32,847 nucleotides of DNA, taken from assembly GCF_004010195.1 (NCBI RefSeq), contig NC_057718.1, positions 84,979,968 to 85,012,814 on the forward strand, in the 5' to 3' direction. Positions 12,560 to 23,976 of the stretch are shown piece after piece. This stretch comes from Chiloscyllium plagiosum. Lineage: Eukaryota. The translations under genes were made by a program, and so were the position numbers. A model generated the notes under the pieces. The model was not told the DNA's origin. It saw only the letters and a list, made by a program, of their open reading frames with translations, and made no database searches. Numbering within the stretch: the stretch's first letter is position 1; every line of letters begins with the position of its first letter.

Positions 12560-12762
12560 AAAGTCAAAAGTCACACAACACCAAGTATTAGTCCAACAGG
12601 TTTATTTGAAGTTGCAAGCTTTTGGAGCTGTGCTCCTCCAGGTAATGAAGGAGCAGCTGAAACTGAAGCTTGCAACTTCAAATAACCTGCTGGACTTGTA
12701 ACCTGGTGTTGTGTAACTTCTGACTTTGTCCACCCCGGTCCAACAGTAGGACCTCCACTTCA
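12560..12762. mobile_element. PLE-derived fold-back mini-element (second family), decayed hammerhead centre
   Basis: aaagtcaaaagtcacacaacacc..gtccaacaggtttatttgaagttgcaagctt / aagcttgcaacttcaaataacctg..ggtgttgtgtaacttctgacttt plus the tail gtccacccc..ctccacttca. Same family as 27722 and 28312. Confidence 0.8.
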
Positions 12763-13676
12763 AAATGTGCAGGGAATTTATACTTTAACTATGTGATTTC
12801 ACAGTTACTGCTTAGAGCAACAGCATAGTGGAAGTAGTGGTATCAAGAAAATAATTGACTGTCTTCTGCAATTATTTTCTGCAGTGATATCAATTTTGAC
12901 CCTGCTTCTTCCAATCTGAAAAACTTATCACTCTATCGTTCATACATATAAGCTATTCACCTGCCCAGGAGTATGAGTTGTTGTTAGCCTGATGGCCTTT
13001 GGCATCTATAACTGGTCATAATTGTATCGTTCAATCAGCCATCTTTTGCTGACCAAATGTGTTTGTGCACACACCTCTGGTGATACGGGATTTTATTTCA
13101 CCTCCACCTATTTACAAAGCATGACTGTGTGCTCTGGTAACTTGTTTTCAAAACTGCAGCAATTCCTTCCACAGTTCTTTGTTAACTGTCTTTTTAGCCC
13201 ACAGTCAAAGATGGAAAATTAAAACATAGTCTTTACAGTGACTGTAGCTTAGTTAGATTTGGGATAGTTACTCAAAAGGACAAGGATCAGCAGGGAATAA
13301 AAGTTTTAAGACTAGATGTGACTTGGCCCAAGTGGATGAGGAGCAGCTGCTGTCAGATCAGTGGGCGCACTAAAGGAAGAAATAGCAAGAGTGCAGAGCA
13401 AGTGTGTCCTTGTAAAAATAAAGGAAGGAATGAAGACTGGAGAAACCTGGATGTGAAGGTGCATAAATGTTAAGATTAAGGGGGAAAAGAAGAAGCTTAT
13501 GGCAGATACCGAGGGGTCGATATGGCAGAGTCCCTGGAGGGGTATCAGAAATGTAGGAGGGAACTTTAGAAAAAAATTGAGAAAGCAAAGAGTGTGCATA
13601 AGAAAACATTGAGTTGAATAAAAGATTAAACATAGATAAAGAGCAAGAAAGAATAACTAGGGAAAGAACATGGCCA

Positions 13677-13861
13677 CAAAAACTCTTTGATGGAAAAGCG
13701 CAGGTCTGGTAGCATCTGTGGATAGAAATCTGTTCGTTTCGGATCGACAGATGCTTCCTTAGAACTCTTTTCTCTCCAGATGTTGCCTGACCTGTTGGAA
13801 CTTATCCAGCAATTTCTGTTTTTCTTTCTGATTCAAAGCATCCAGAATTCTTTCGGTTTTG
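13677..13861. mobile_element. PLE-derived fold-back remnant (third family)
   Basis: tggaaaag..caggtctggtagcatctg / cagatgttgcctgacctg..tccagca, with a cgtttcgg remnant. The tail resembles 16450-16550. Confidence 0.65.
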
Positions 13862-14637
13862 TGTTATGAAGTTAATCACATGTACTGTGCCTTTTGAGAG
13901 AGTGAATGCTGTTCTAAACTGAGATTATAAGCACCTGTGTATGTGACTAGGTGGCAGTCCCAGAGTGCACTAGAAAATTGAAAATATGTAACATTTGGCT
14001 GTGAAATGAATGAGAGTTTTGTATGCTGTTGTGACAACAATTCGAATTTAACCAATCAGTTGAAATTATACCCCAGGATACTAAAACCCAATCAAGTTTG
14101 AATCTATTGGTTTGCCAACATGAAACCAATGAGACAATCCAGTTGTTGGGGTATAAAAATACAGATGTTTTGAAAATTGGAGAGAGAACAACTGCCTTCA
14201 AGACAGAAACATCTGGAAATCTAACATCTTGCTCTCCAAGAAATTAAGAAGCACACTCTATCCAAGGTACCTTTTCAAATAAAACATACTTGCAGTAAAA
14301 AGAAAGACAATGACCCAGGGAGATCTTCAGCTGGAAGAAAGGCACAGAAAACAACAGCGGCTGTATCATTTTGAAATTAAGTTGATGTAATTCCAATAAG
14401 TGTCTTATTGGAACAGTATATTGTTAGAGATGGAGGCAGATTGTAAGAGTTAAGAGAGGGGGGGCTTAGAATTGTGAATACTTGTTCACTTTGCATTTTA
14501 AAAAAAGTTGATATTTTCTTTAAATAGTGGGATTTGAGAGTTCTCTGTCACTCCTATTTTAACAGATTATGAGGCAATGTGAGCTTTTCTGGGTGTTTGG
14601 TTTAATTAACAGAGGGGTTCACCTCCAAATTGCAACA
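13862..14637 (+). mobile_element. Solo-LTR-like element (776 bp)
   Basis: TGTTAT...GCAACA termini, a TATA-like gggtataaaa (about 14150) and a downstream aataaa (about 14280). It interrupts the old CR1, which resumes at 14638. No clean TSD seen. Confidence 0.55.
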
Positions 14638-16431
14638 AGAGTGTGGCCATTAGGTATAATAGGGATAACTTGTGTATGGACCTTGAAACTGTGGGCACAG
14701 ACCTCAATGAAAATCGTCAGCCTTGACAATAGAAAAGGATAATGCAGGTGGAGGACCATGAGCTATTGTTTCATGAGGACCATGAAACAACGTCGAGAGA
14801 GTGTGTGCGCAGGTACTTACAGCTTAAGTAGTTTTAGAAGTGGAAGATGTGAAGGCTCAGATAAGATGTATGTTAGATTGGAGGGAAAGGAGGAAATATC
14901 GGGTCAGAGCAGTAACTTTTCAAGTCTTTGGCCACAGGTGAGGTGCCAGAGGACTATAGGGCCACTAGCATTGACCTGTCCTTTCTTTTAAACAAAAAAA
15001 GAAGCAATAGATAGACCATGAAATTACAGTCTAGTAAGCTTAACCGCCTGTGGTGGGGAAGTTGTTAGAATTCTGAAGAATAGAATATACCTACACTTGA
15101 AGATACATAGATTAATTGGCAATAGTTGGTATGGATTGGTTAAGGGAGGATTGGGTTTAACAAATTTCATTAATTTTTTTTTGAGTATTGATGAGGTGAT
15201 GCATCTGGCGAAGGCCATGTGAACTTTAATGTGGCTTTTGTCTCGCTTGTGGCAGACTTGTCAAGAAGGAAAGAAGCAGTGAGATCCAAGGCAAAGTGAC
15301 ACCTTGGAGAAAAAAGGCTGAGAGTCGAGAAGCAGAGGATGGTGGTAGAGGGATGTTTCTGTGAATGGAAATCTGTTTCTAGTGGAGTTAAGCAGGGGTC
15401 TGTGCACTTGCGGTATGGATTGAATGTAGGAGGTATGATCAAGAAGTTCCTAGATGATGTAAATTGTGGGTAGAGTGGTAAAGAGTGAGGTGGCTAGCTA
15501 TATACTGCAGGAGGATGTGCAGAGCAGTGGTAAATGGAATTCAACCTGGAAAATTGAGGTAAAGCACTTATGGAGGGCAAGCAGGGGAAGAGATTACATG
15601 AATGGTGGACCCCTAGAAACTAGTGAAGATCAGAGGGATATCCACAAATCCCTGAAGATAACAGGGCAAGTAGCTAAGGTGGTTCTAATGGCATATTGGA
15701 TACTTTATTAGCCTAAGCATTGAATTCAAGAGCAATGTTATGTTGGAACTGCATTAAGTGCTAGTTAGGCCGAAACAGGGATTTGTTTCTGATCATTGCA
15801 TATTAAGAAAGATGTGATTGCTCATGAGGGCATAACTCGCACTTAATTCAGTTCCAGCATAACATTGCTCTTCAGTTCTGTGCTTTGGCTAATAAAGTAT
15901 CCCATCTGCTGCCAGTACATAAGAGACGGTGCAGTGGGAGATTTACCAGGATGCTGACAGGGCCCGAGGGTCTGAGGTGTAAGGGAAGATCAAATAGGCA
16001 GAGGTTGTTTTTCCTTGGATCAATGAAGATTGAGAGGGAGCTTGATAGAGGTATACAAGATTGAGAGACACAGAGAGGGCCTTTAGAAGAACATTTTTTT
16101 TTCCCCATTAATAGTGAGAACAGTCACTGGGGGCATAGATTTAAGACAAGTGGTAGAAGATGAGGAAGAGAGTTGAGAAATTCTTTCCAGAGGGTGGTGG
16201 GACTCTGGAATTCACTGCATGAAACTCTCTAGAAGAATATTTAGAAATTCACATAAGTTGCCAGAGCTTCCAGGACTATGGGCCAGAAGCTGGAAAGTGG
16301 CATTAATGTAGTGAGATCCTTTATTGACTAGAGTGGACATGATGGGCTCAATTGGCACTCTTACATTGTAAACAGTTTTTTCAAAATTTCATTTTTGAAA
16401 GGAAGAGTAGCTTTTACATTTTTGAACAATC

Positions 16432-16550
16432 ACCAGACTCCATGTTAATTCTGCTTCCTTTCCACAGATGCTGCCAGACCTGCTGAGTTTCTGTAGCAAT
16501 TTTTATTTTTGTCTTTGTTTCAGATCTCCAGCGCACAGTTTGTTCTTTTA
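16432..16550 (+). mobile_element. PLE pseudo-LTR 3' tail remnant
   Basis: cacagatgctgccagacctgctgagtttc..agcaatttt..tcagatctccagc, similar to 13778-13860 and 7681-7765. Confidence 0.65.
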
Positions 16551-17018
16551 CTTAAGTAAATGTTTATTTCTCAGTACCAAACTGTACTTGCAACAACACT
16601 CACTCTGTCACACGCAGAAGAGATACGCGCACACAAGAAAAAGTGACTGCAAAAATGGTAGCATGCAATTAGGGATTTTTTGGGCTTAAAAACCTATTAC
16701 TTCGAGTCTTTTGAGATGGAAGCTGGAAATACTGTAGTTGCTATAATTCTTTTTGTTCACTGAGGAAATGTAGATTGTCACCAAAAATACCAGTATCGTT
16801 GTGGGTTACTACTTGTGACAGCAAGTTTCTGACTTTGCCCCAATTGAAGGGCAGTTGAGCCTTGTATTGAAGACCGGTCCTTTGCTAGCCCCACGTATTT
16901 GCCTGTTGGTGAATTTTAGGTAAGGTTGTTCTTCCTTTCACTGAGTAGGATCCTCCCTTTGGTTTCCTTGTCTCTTGGACTTTAGTGTGAAGATGGGACT
17001 GTGTCCACAAGGACTGTG

Positions 17019-17547
17019 GATCAGTGGTGCTGGAAGAGCATAGCAATTCAGTCAGCATCCGACGAGCAGCAAAATTGACGTTTCGGGCAAAAGCCCTACA
17101 TCAGGAATAAAGGCAGAGTGCCTGAAGCGTGGAGAGATAAGCTGGAGGAGGGTGGGGGTGGGGAGAAAGTAGCATAGAGTACAATAGGTGAGTGGGGGAG
17201 GAGGTNNNNNNNNNNNNNNNNNNNNNNNNNNNNNNNNNNNNNNNNNNNNNNNNNNNNNNNNNNNNNNNNNNNNNNNNNNNNNNNNNNNNNNNNNNNNNNN
17301 NNNNNNNNNNNNNNNNNNNNNNNNNNNNNNNNNNNNNNNNNNNNNNNNNNNNNNNNNNNNNNNNNNNNNNNAGGAGGCGCCCAGTCTCCCCAATGTAGAG
17401 GAGACCGCATCGGGAGCAATGGATACAATAAATGATATTAGTGGATGTGCAGGTAAAACCTTGGATGTGGAAGGCTCCTTTAGGGCCTTGGATAGAGGTG
17501 AGGGAGGTGGTGTGGGCACAGGTTTTACAGTTCCTGCAGCCGGAAGT
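17019..17547 (-). mobile_element. Penelope-like retroelement 3' part (GIY-YIG endonuclease plus pseudo-LTR), spans the gap
   Basis: Minus-strand FTCTSTNIIYCIHCSRCGLLYIGETGR (GIY-YIG with CxxC). pLTR hammerhead motif at 17075-17108. 7-bp TSD gactgtg (17012-17018 / 17548-17554). Confidence 0.92.
17206..17371. other. Assembly gap (166 N)
   Basis: Run of N inside a G-rich PLE segment. Confidence 1.
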
Positions 17548-18191
17548 GACTGTGTCAGTCATTCCTATTAACAGTACCATGGTTAAGTGCATCTGCAACA
17601 GGATGAATTGGGAGGACAAAGTCAAGGAAGTTCTCTGCCCCTTGTTTGTTTCCTCAATATCTGCCGCAGACCCAACTACCATTTAAGTTTCTTTTGGACT
17701 CTATCAACTTGATCAGTATTAATGCCACCAAACCTTAGTAATGGATGTTGAAGTGCCCCACTCAACATTTGTGCCCTTGCCATCTTCACTTCTTCCAAAT
17801 GATTTTCAACATTGGTACTGATTTATCAGGCTAAGGAAAGAGTGATGTGTGGTGATCAGGAAGCTTGGGAGGTATTCTTGCTCTTCTTTGACCTGGTGCC
17901 ATGAGACTTTGAGGCCTGGAGCCAATATTCAGGAATGACAGGTTGATATCCCATTGTGCTACCCTCTGGTGGGTTTGGCTTGCTGGTAGAACGGGCACAC
18001 CCAGGATTATAATGGTTTTTAAGCAGTCTTCTATAAAGTATGATTTAGGGTGTTGCTTGTTTAATTGTGGGACAATTCTCCCTGTTTTGAAGCAAATGTT
18101 AGTAAGGATATTTATGCAGAGTCAACCGGGCTGGGTATATCATGTTAATGGTATCTAGGTTGGTGTTAAGTGATCTGTACAGTTGCACTGA

Positions 18192-18510
18192 ATCAGAATT
18201 CTGAAATCCCTACAGTGTGGAAGCAGGCCATTTGGCCCATCGAGTCCACACTGACCCACTGCATCCCACCCAGACCCGCCCACTACCCTATCCCTATAAC
18301 CTTCATTTTCCTATGGCTAATCCACCTAACCTGCACATCCCTGGGTACTATGAGTGATTTAATATGGCCAATCCACCTAACCTACACATTTTTATGTGGG
18401 AGGAAAGCCAGAAGACATGGGAAAATGTGCACAGACTGACACCCGCGGCGGAACCAAACCCGGTCTGTGTTGTGAGACAGCAGTCCTAACAACTCTACTG
18501 CCCCACTGCT
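18192..18510 (-). mobile_element. HE1-type elasmobranch SINE (V-SINE group)
   Basis: ccctacagtgtggaagcaggccatttggccc tail, internally repeated ggc[t/c]aatccacctaacct[g/a]cacat, tgtgggaggaaa core, and the reverse-complement tRNA head ..tgtgagacagcagtcctaac. Confidence 0.8.
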
Positions 18511-18534
18511 TTTTGACTTTTTTGTAGTGGTTTG

Positions 18535-18704
18535 TTGACATTAAGAGGCATGCTTTAAGATAACCACATTGACTTAGACGTAATTTCAGACTCTGTCAGT
18601 TTAGGGTGGCAGATTTCCTTTGAAGAATATTAGGGAACTGCATTTTTAGCCTGAGCCTCTGAGATGCTAGTCTAATTACCTTGCCACTGTACCACCGCCC
18701 CTCC
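18535..18704 (-). mobile_element. tRNA-derived SINE remnant (same family as 393-3124)
   Basis: ggcagatttcctt and ctagtc...ccactgtaccaccgcccctcc are reverse matches to the 393/3000 segments. Confidence 0.55.
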
Positions 18705-18734
18705 TAATTTTAGACACCACCTTTTTATGAAGAA

Positions 18735-19070
18735 TGTGAATGTTTGAGTACAGAAAAGGTTTGAGTATGATTTCAAGGATGCGGAATTTTAGTTTGTAGG
18801 ATAGATTGGAGAAGATGATCAACATGCTCAATTTGAAGTTGATACTGAAGGCAGAGAGAAACTATTTTCTTTGGTGTGATTGAAAACTAAAGGAAAACGG
18901 TTTTGTGGTAATTGGCTAAACAGTGAAAGGTAACAAAAGTTTGGGAACTGGAGTTTGCTTGCGGTGGACACATCGATTATTAGTTTTTAAATGGATTTGG
19001 ATAAACGCCTGAAGATTAACATTTGCTGGGTTTTGGGAAAGGGTGGGAGAGTAGGGATAACTAATTAATG
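18735..19070 (+). mobile_element. Very old CR1 3' fragment
   Basis: ttgagtacagaaaaggttt...gatagattggagaag...tttaaatggatttggataa, typical of the CR1 ORF2 end and 3'UTR. Confidence 0.5.
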
Positions 19071-19094
19071 GACTTCCTGTGGTGGAGATTTTCT

Positions 19095-21240
19095 GTAGGC
19101 AAAAGTGAGGACTGCAGATGCTGGAAACCAGAGTCTAGATTAGAGTGGTGTGGAAGGCTTCTTTGGGGCCTTGGATGGAGGTGAGGGGGGGAAAGTGTGG
19201 ATGCAGGTTTTGCAATTCCTATGGTGGCAGGGGAGGGTGCCAGGATGAGAGGGGGGGGGGGTGTGGACCTGGCCAGGTAGTTACGGAGGGAACAGTCTTT
19301 GTGGAAAGGGATGGGTAGGGAGATATATCTCTGGTGGGGTCCGTTTGGAGGTGGCGGAAATGTCGGCGGATGATGCGGTCTATGCGAAGGTTGGTAGGGT
19401 GGAAGGTGAGGATTGGGGGGGGATTCTGTCCTTGTTACGGTTGGAGGGGTGGTGTTTGAGGGCAGAGGTGTGGGATGTGGATGAGATGCATTGGAGGGTA
19501 TCTTCAACCACGTGGGAAGGGAAAATTCGGTCTCTGAAGAAGGAGGCCATCTGGTGTGTTCTGAGGTGGAACTGGTCCTCCTTGGAGCAGATACGGCAGA
19601 GGCAGAGGAATTAGGAATATGGGATGGCATTTTTGCAGGAGGTAGGGTGGGAAGAGGTGTAATCCAGGTAACTGTGGGAGTCGGTGGGTTTGTAAAATAA
19701 AAAAAGTCAGTGTCAAGTCGGTCGTCATTAATGGAGATGGAGAGGTCTAGGAAGGGGGGGGGAGGTGTCTGAGATGGTCCAGGTGAATTTAAGGTCGGGG
19801 TGGAATGTGTTGGTGAAGTTGATGAACTGCTCAACCTCCTTGCGGGAGCACGAGGTGGCGCCGATGCAGTCATCAATGTAGCGGACGAAGAGGTGGGGAG
19901 TGGTGCCGGTGTAACTACGGAAGATGAACTGTTCTACATAGCTGACAAAGAGACAGGCATAGCTGGGGCCCATACAGGTGCCCATGGCTACCCCTTTGGT
20001 CTAGCGGAAGTGGGAGGATTCGCAGGAGAAATTGTTATGGATGAGGACCAGTTCCACCAATGGAAGGGTACTGTTGGGGACGTCAGGAGAGGAAGAAACA
20101 GAGGGCTTGGAGGCCCTGGTCATGGCAGATGGAGGTGTAGAGGGATTGGTTGTCCATGGTGAAGATAAGGCCTTGGGGCCGGGGAAGCGGAAGTCTTGGA
20201 GGAGGGGGAGGGTGTGGGTGGTGTCTTGAACGTATTTAGGGAGTTCCTGGACTAGGGGGGATAGGACAGTATCAAGGTAGGTGGAGATGAATTCGGTAGG
20301 GCAGGAGCATGCTGAGACAATGAGTCGGCCGGGGTGGTCAGGCTTGTCGATCTTGGGAAGGAGGTAGAATTGGGTGGTGCGGGGTTCCCGGACTACGAGG
20401 TTAGAAGCTGTGGGTGGGAGATCTCCTGAGGTGATGAGATTGTGTTTGGTCTGGGAGATGATGGTTTGATGATGGGGGTGGGGTCATGGTTGAGGGAGCG
20501 GTAGGAGGAGGTGTCTTCCAGTTGGCGCCTGGCTTCAGCGGTGTAGAGGTCAGTGCGCCAAACTACCACTGCACCCACTTTAACTGCTGGCTTGATGGTG
20601 AGGTTGGGATTGGAGCAGAGGGAGTGGAGGGTGAGAGGTTGGAGTGGGAGAGGGGGGTAGACAGGTTAATGTCTCGGCGGCAGTTGGAAAGGAAGACATC
20701 GAGGGAGGGTAATAGCCAGCGTGGGGTGTCCAGGTGGATGGAGTGTGTTGGAGGCGGGCGAAGGGGTCCTCGGAAGGAGGGTGGGACTCCTGATTGAAGC
20801 AGTAAGCTCTGAGGCAGCGGAAGAAGTAGTGTTTGTCACAATGCATGTTAAATTCATTTATGCATGGGTGGAGGGAGATAAAGGTAAGGCCTTTGCTGAG
20901 GACTGATCGTTCATCCTCAGTGAGGGGGAGGCCTGGGGGGCTGGTGAAAACTTGGCAGGGCTGGGTAGGACCTGGTGTAGGTGTGGAACTGGGAGTGGGT
21001 GCAGAGCCTGTAACTGAAGTGGGTGTGGTGGAAGGGGGAATGGGGGTGGAGTCATGAGCAGGGGTGATGTTCCCCTCAGGGTTCTGGGGGGGGCGGGGAT
21101 GTTGACAGTGGGACCTGTGGGGGTCATGTCATGGTGGGGGGAGCGGAAGTGATGTCACTTGTGGTGCATGAGGAATCGTGAGGGGTGGGAGTGGCTGTGG
21201 AAGTGGCCATGATGAAGGCGGAAGTAATGTCATCGATCGG
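19095..21240 (-). mobile_element. Penelope-like retroelement: N-terminal region, RT and thumb, with GIY-YIG/hammerhead deleted and the pLTR end retained
   Basis: Minus-strand GVAMGTCMGPSYACLF..RYIDD (YIDD 19869-19880), PFLDLSISI, VVVWRTDLY, LSKGLTF-like segment; pLTR terminus aaagtgaggactgcagatgctgg at about 19100; strongly G-rich + strand. Confidence 0.93.
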
Positions 21241-21294
21241 TACCTTGTCCTGTTTCTGATGTCTATGCACTGACACACAACTGTGCAATATCAA

Positions 21295-21495
21295 AGTCAA
21301 CAAAATCCTATGGCACTACTTGAAAACTAGGAAGGTTCTCCCTGATGTCCTGGCCAAAACTTACTATTCAGGCAGCATTGCTGAAATAAATAATCTAGTC
21401 CTGATCTCATTCGTGCTTGTGAGATTTACCTTGTCTATCTGCCGACACATTGATGTATTTCCTACGTTATAGCAGTGATTTGTTTTTAAAGAAAT
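21295..21495 (+). mobile_element. Deu-domain SINE core fragment
   Basis: aaaatcctatggcactacttgaa..gttctccctgatgtcctggccaa (Deu domain) ..tttcctacgttatagcagtga. Confidence 0.7.
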
Positions 21496-21534
21496 ACTTA
21501 ATCTCACGACATCTTGAGCCATTTTACGGTGTTA

Positions 21535-22312
21535 TTTTAAATTCATTCATGGGATGTTTATTGCCCATTCTAGTTGCCCTTGTGACGGTTGTGGTGAGTT
21601 GCTGTGTTAAATCACAGTAGCCCACATTTTGTAACATTCTCAATGCTGTTAGGGAGTTCCAAGATTTTGGTCCAATGTTACTGAAAGAACGGTAAATAAT
21701 TTCCAAGTCAGTCATGAGGGGCTTGGAAGGGGACTTGCAGGTGGTGGTGTTCCCTGCTGCCATTGACCTTTGAGATGAAGTTGGTTGTGGGTTAGGGAGG
21801 TGCTATATAAGAATACTTGGTGAATTTCTGCAGTGCATCTTACAGGATATACGCACTGCTGCCACTGAGCATCAGTGGTGGAAGGAGAGAATGTTTGTGG
21901 ATGTGATGCCGTATGTTATCAAACTTCTTGAATGTTGTTGGAGTTGCACTCATCCAGCCAAGTCAGGAGCCTTCCATCACAACCTTATGGATGGCGGACA
22001 GGTTTTGTGGAGTCAGGAGGTGAGTTACTTGCTGCAGGATTTCTAGACTCTGACCTGCTGTTATAGCCACACTGCATGGTGAATCCAGCTGAGATTCTGG
22101 TCAATGTTAATGCCCAGGATAGTGATGGGGGATTCAGTGATGGTAGCATCATTGAATGTGAAGAGGCAATGGATGGATTCTCTTTTGGTGGTGGTTATTG
22201 CCTGGCATTTGTATAGCTTGAGTGTTATTTGCCACTTAGCAGCCTATACTTAGATATTGTCCAGGTCGTTCTGTATTTGAGGAATTGCATGTGATGCTGA
22301 ACATTGTTCATC
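21535..22312 (-). mobile_element. LINE (CR1/L2 group) 3' portion, RT to tail
   Basis: Reverse-complement tail attcattcatgggatg; minus-strand GNTTTCKSPSKP and GPKSWNSL; ends at the FADD-coding region in a fold-back. Confidence 0.75.
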
Positions 22313-23049
22313 TTAAGGTCAGAGCCCGCAATAGTTGCTGATGATAGCACTGTTCAGTGTATTGTGAAAAACGCTGTATGATTGCAAGTATATGGACAGC
22401 CATTGAAAAACAGGATTGCAGTAAGCAATTATAGAATTGTAGTTTGTTTTACACTGTAGAAGCATTACCCCACTGTATATGGATTGACAACCTATTGAGA
22501 AATGATAAGTTTTATATGTGCAACCCCACGTTATTGAAATGCAGTTTATCTTGGTGCCTCACTTCTATTTTTCTCTAGCTTTGACTTTAGAGCCATTAAA
22601 AACGTATGCACATTACTGATTAGTTGCATCTTTAATGTAATAAGGAAAACTTATGTTGTGCTTACAGCAACAAAAATCTGAAAGGGACAATTTTATCCTT
22701 TTACTTTGTTACTTTTAAATTCATGAGGGTTTAGCAGCAACATGTTCATAAACCTGTTAAATGATACTGAAGGTCATGTTGAAACTGTTTTCTTTATGTG
22801 ATGACCTGATCCCAATAAGAATTGGAGATGAATTACACTCAACAATAAGAAATGCATTGTCTCTGTATTACAACTCATCTCTCCGAATGAAAATGCACAT
22901 ACTGTTCACTTGTATGCTGTGGAAGTCAAGAGGAGAGTATATGCTTATCTTTGAGTGCAAAATATTTATTAATTATGCGTGATAACATTTCAATACTGAA
23001 CTTATTTGTGCATTACTTCTCTACATTTTTGATTTTCTTCCTGTTTTAG

Positions 23050-23095
23050 GTCTTGAGCTCTCAAGGCTACCATGTAGTTGCATTTGATTATAGGG
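23050..23095 (+). CDS. ABHD12: ABHD12 internal coding exon, 46 nt: VLSSQGYHVVAFDYR(G)
   Basis: ttttcttcctgttttAG acceptor, GTC TTG AGC TCT CAA GGC TAC CAT GTA GTT GCA TTT GAT TAT AGG G, GTaagt donor. Matches ABHD12 VLSSLGYHVVTFDYRG, including the DYRG motif of alpha/beta-hydrolases. In frame with the 6430-6460 exon. Confidence 0.95.
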
Positions 23096-23757
23096 GTAAG
23101 TAGCTCTGTAGCTCTGGATTTAATAAAAAAGTTTAAGTAGTGTTTATCTGTTTACTAATAGATATGGATCTGGTAAATAATAGTGCACCGGTATGATCTC
23201 TAACAAGAAATGTGTAGCACGGGCATTAATAAAGATTTTAAAGGATGTGATCTACTGCATAAAGAACAGCCAGAATTAGGTAATTTCACAGTATGTTCTG
23301 CAGAATTGGCAGTATAAGTGAGCTTGAATCATCACTGTCTTGTGATTTTGGGGCACTGTTTGTTTGAATCCTGGTCTCTGTTTGGTTTTGAACATGAACA
23401 GCACAAAACTGCATGTTGTTTTGTTTCAGAAAGTATAAAAAAGTGCTTGTTTTGCTTTCTGTTTCCTAACTTAAGTATTTTTCCTTCAGATCCTTATTTT
23501 GTATTTGCCCTCCTTTCTGTTAATAATCACACTATTACAAAAGGGTGTGATGTGATATGGGGCTGAATTGTCTGCTTGCATGCTTCTCTCTCTTGGTTTT
23601 ATTGTTAAAGATGCAATTCCATTCATCCTCTACAATTGTAGAGTTAATTTAATTCCAGCCATTGTTTTAAAATAGCTTTAAAATATAAAATAGATACATA
23701 TGTATATATGCCTATATAGATATATACATGCTTTATCCCACCAATCTCCCTGTCACA

Positions 23758-23976
23758 TTGATAAGTGGGGGAATCCCATGATAGTAGCGCTATTGAATGA
23801 TTGGGGCAATGGATAAATTCTCTCATTGAAGATGGTTATTGTCTGCTATTTGTATAGCATGAGTGTTACTTGCCACCTATCAGCCTAAGTATGGAAACTG
23901 TCCAGATTTTTCTGCATTTGGACATGGCCTGCTTCAGTATCTTAGGAATCGCAAATGGTGCTGAATATTATGCATC
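23758..23976 (-). mobile_element. Second copy of the same LINE RT segment
   Basis: Aligns to 22121-22312 and shares the same downstream junction. Confidence 0.75.

Larger units (their letters stand above)
12040..16372 (+). mobile_element. Old CR1-clade LINE ORF2 (EN to 3'UTR) fragmented by several insertions
   Basis: EGTKFLNCDQEN..GDAVLDLI (about 12450-12546), a KSKRITRER-like segment (about 13640-13670), LTNFINFF, GVKQGSV, a decayed FADD (ttcctagatgat), and a 3'UTR ending atgggctcaattggcactc. Confidence 0.75.
16900..18170 (-). mobile_element. Old LINE (CR1/L2 group) endonuclease region, interrupted by a PLE
   Basis: The reverse complement of gatgttgaagtgccccac reads VGHFNI (decayed GDFN). 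Segments such as ttagtgtgaagatgggact..caaggac resemble 24700-24735. Confidence 0.6.
6461..23049 (+). other. ABHD12: ABHD12 phase-0 GT-AG intron (16,589 nt including a gap)
   Basis: Lies between two exons whose peptides are contiguous in the ABHD12 protein (..LYK|VLSS..). Confidence 0.88.

Noticed and set aside
17052..17682. Long ORFs across 17.1-17.7 kb
   Set aside because: They are open only because of the N gap; the real signal is the PLE GIY-YIG fragment.
19061..19876. Longest ORF (271 aa, Pro/Ser/Thr-rich)
   Set aside because: Mostly an off-frame reading of the C-rich strand of the Penelope RT/thumb region; not a gene.
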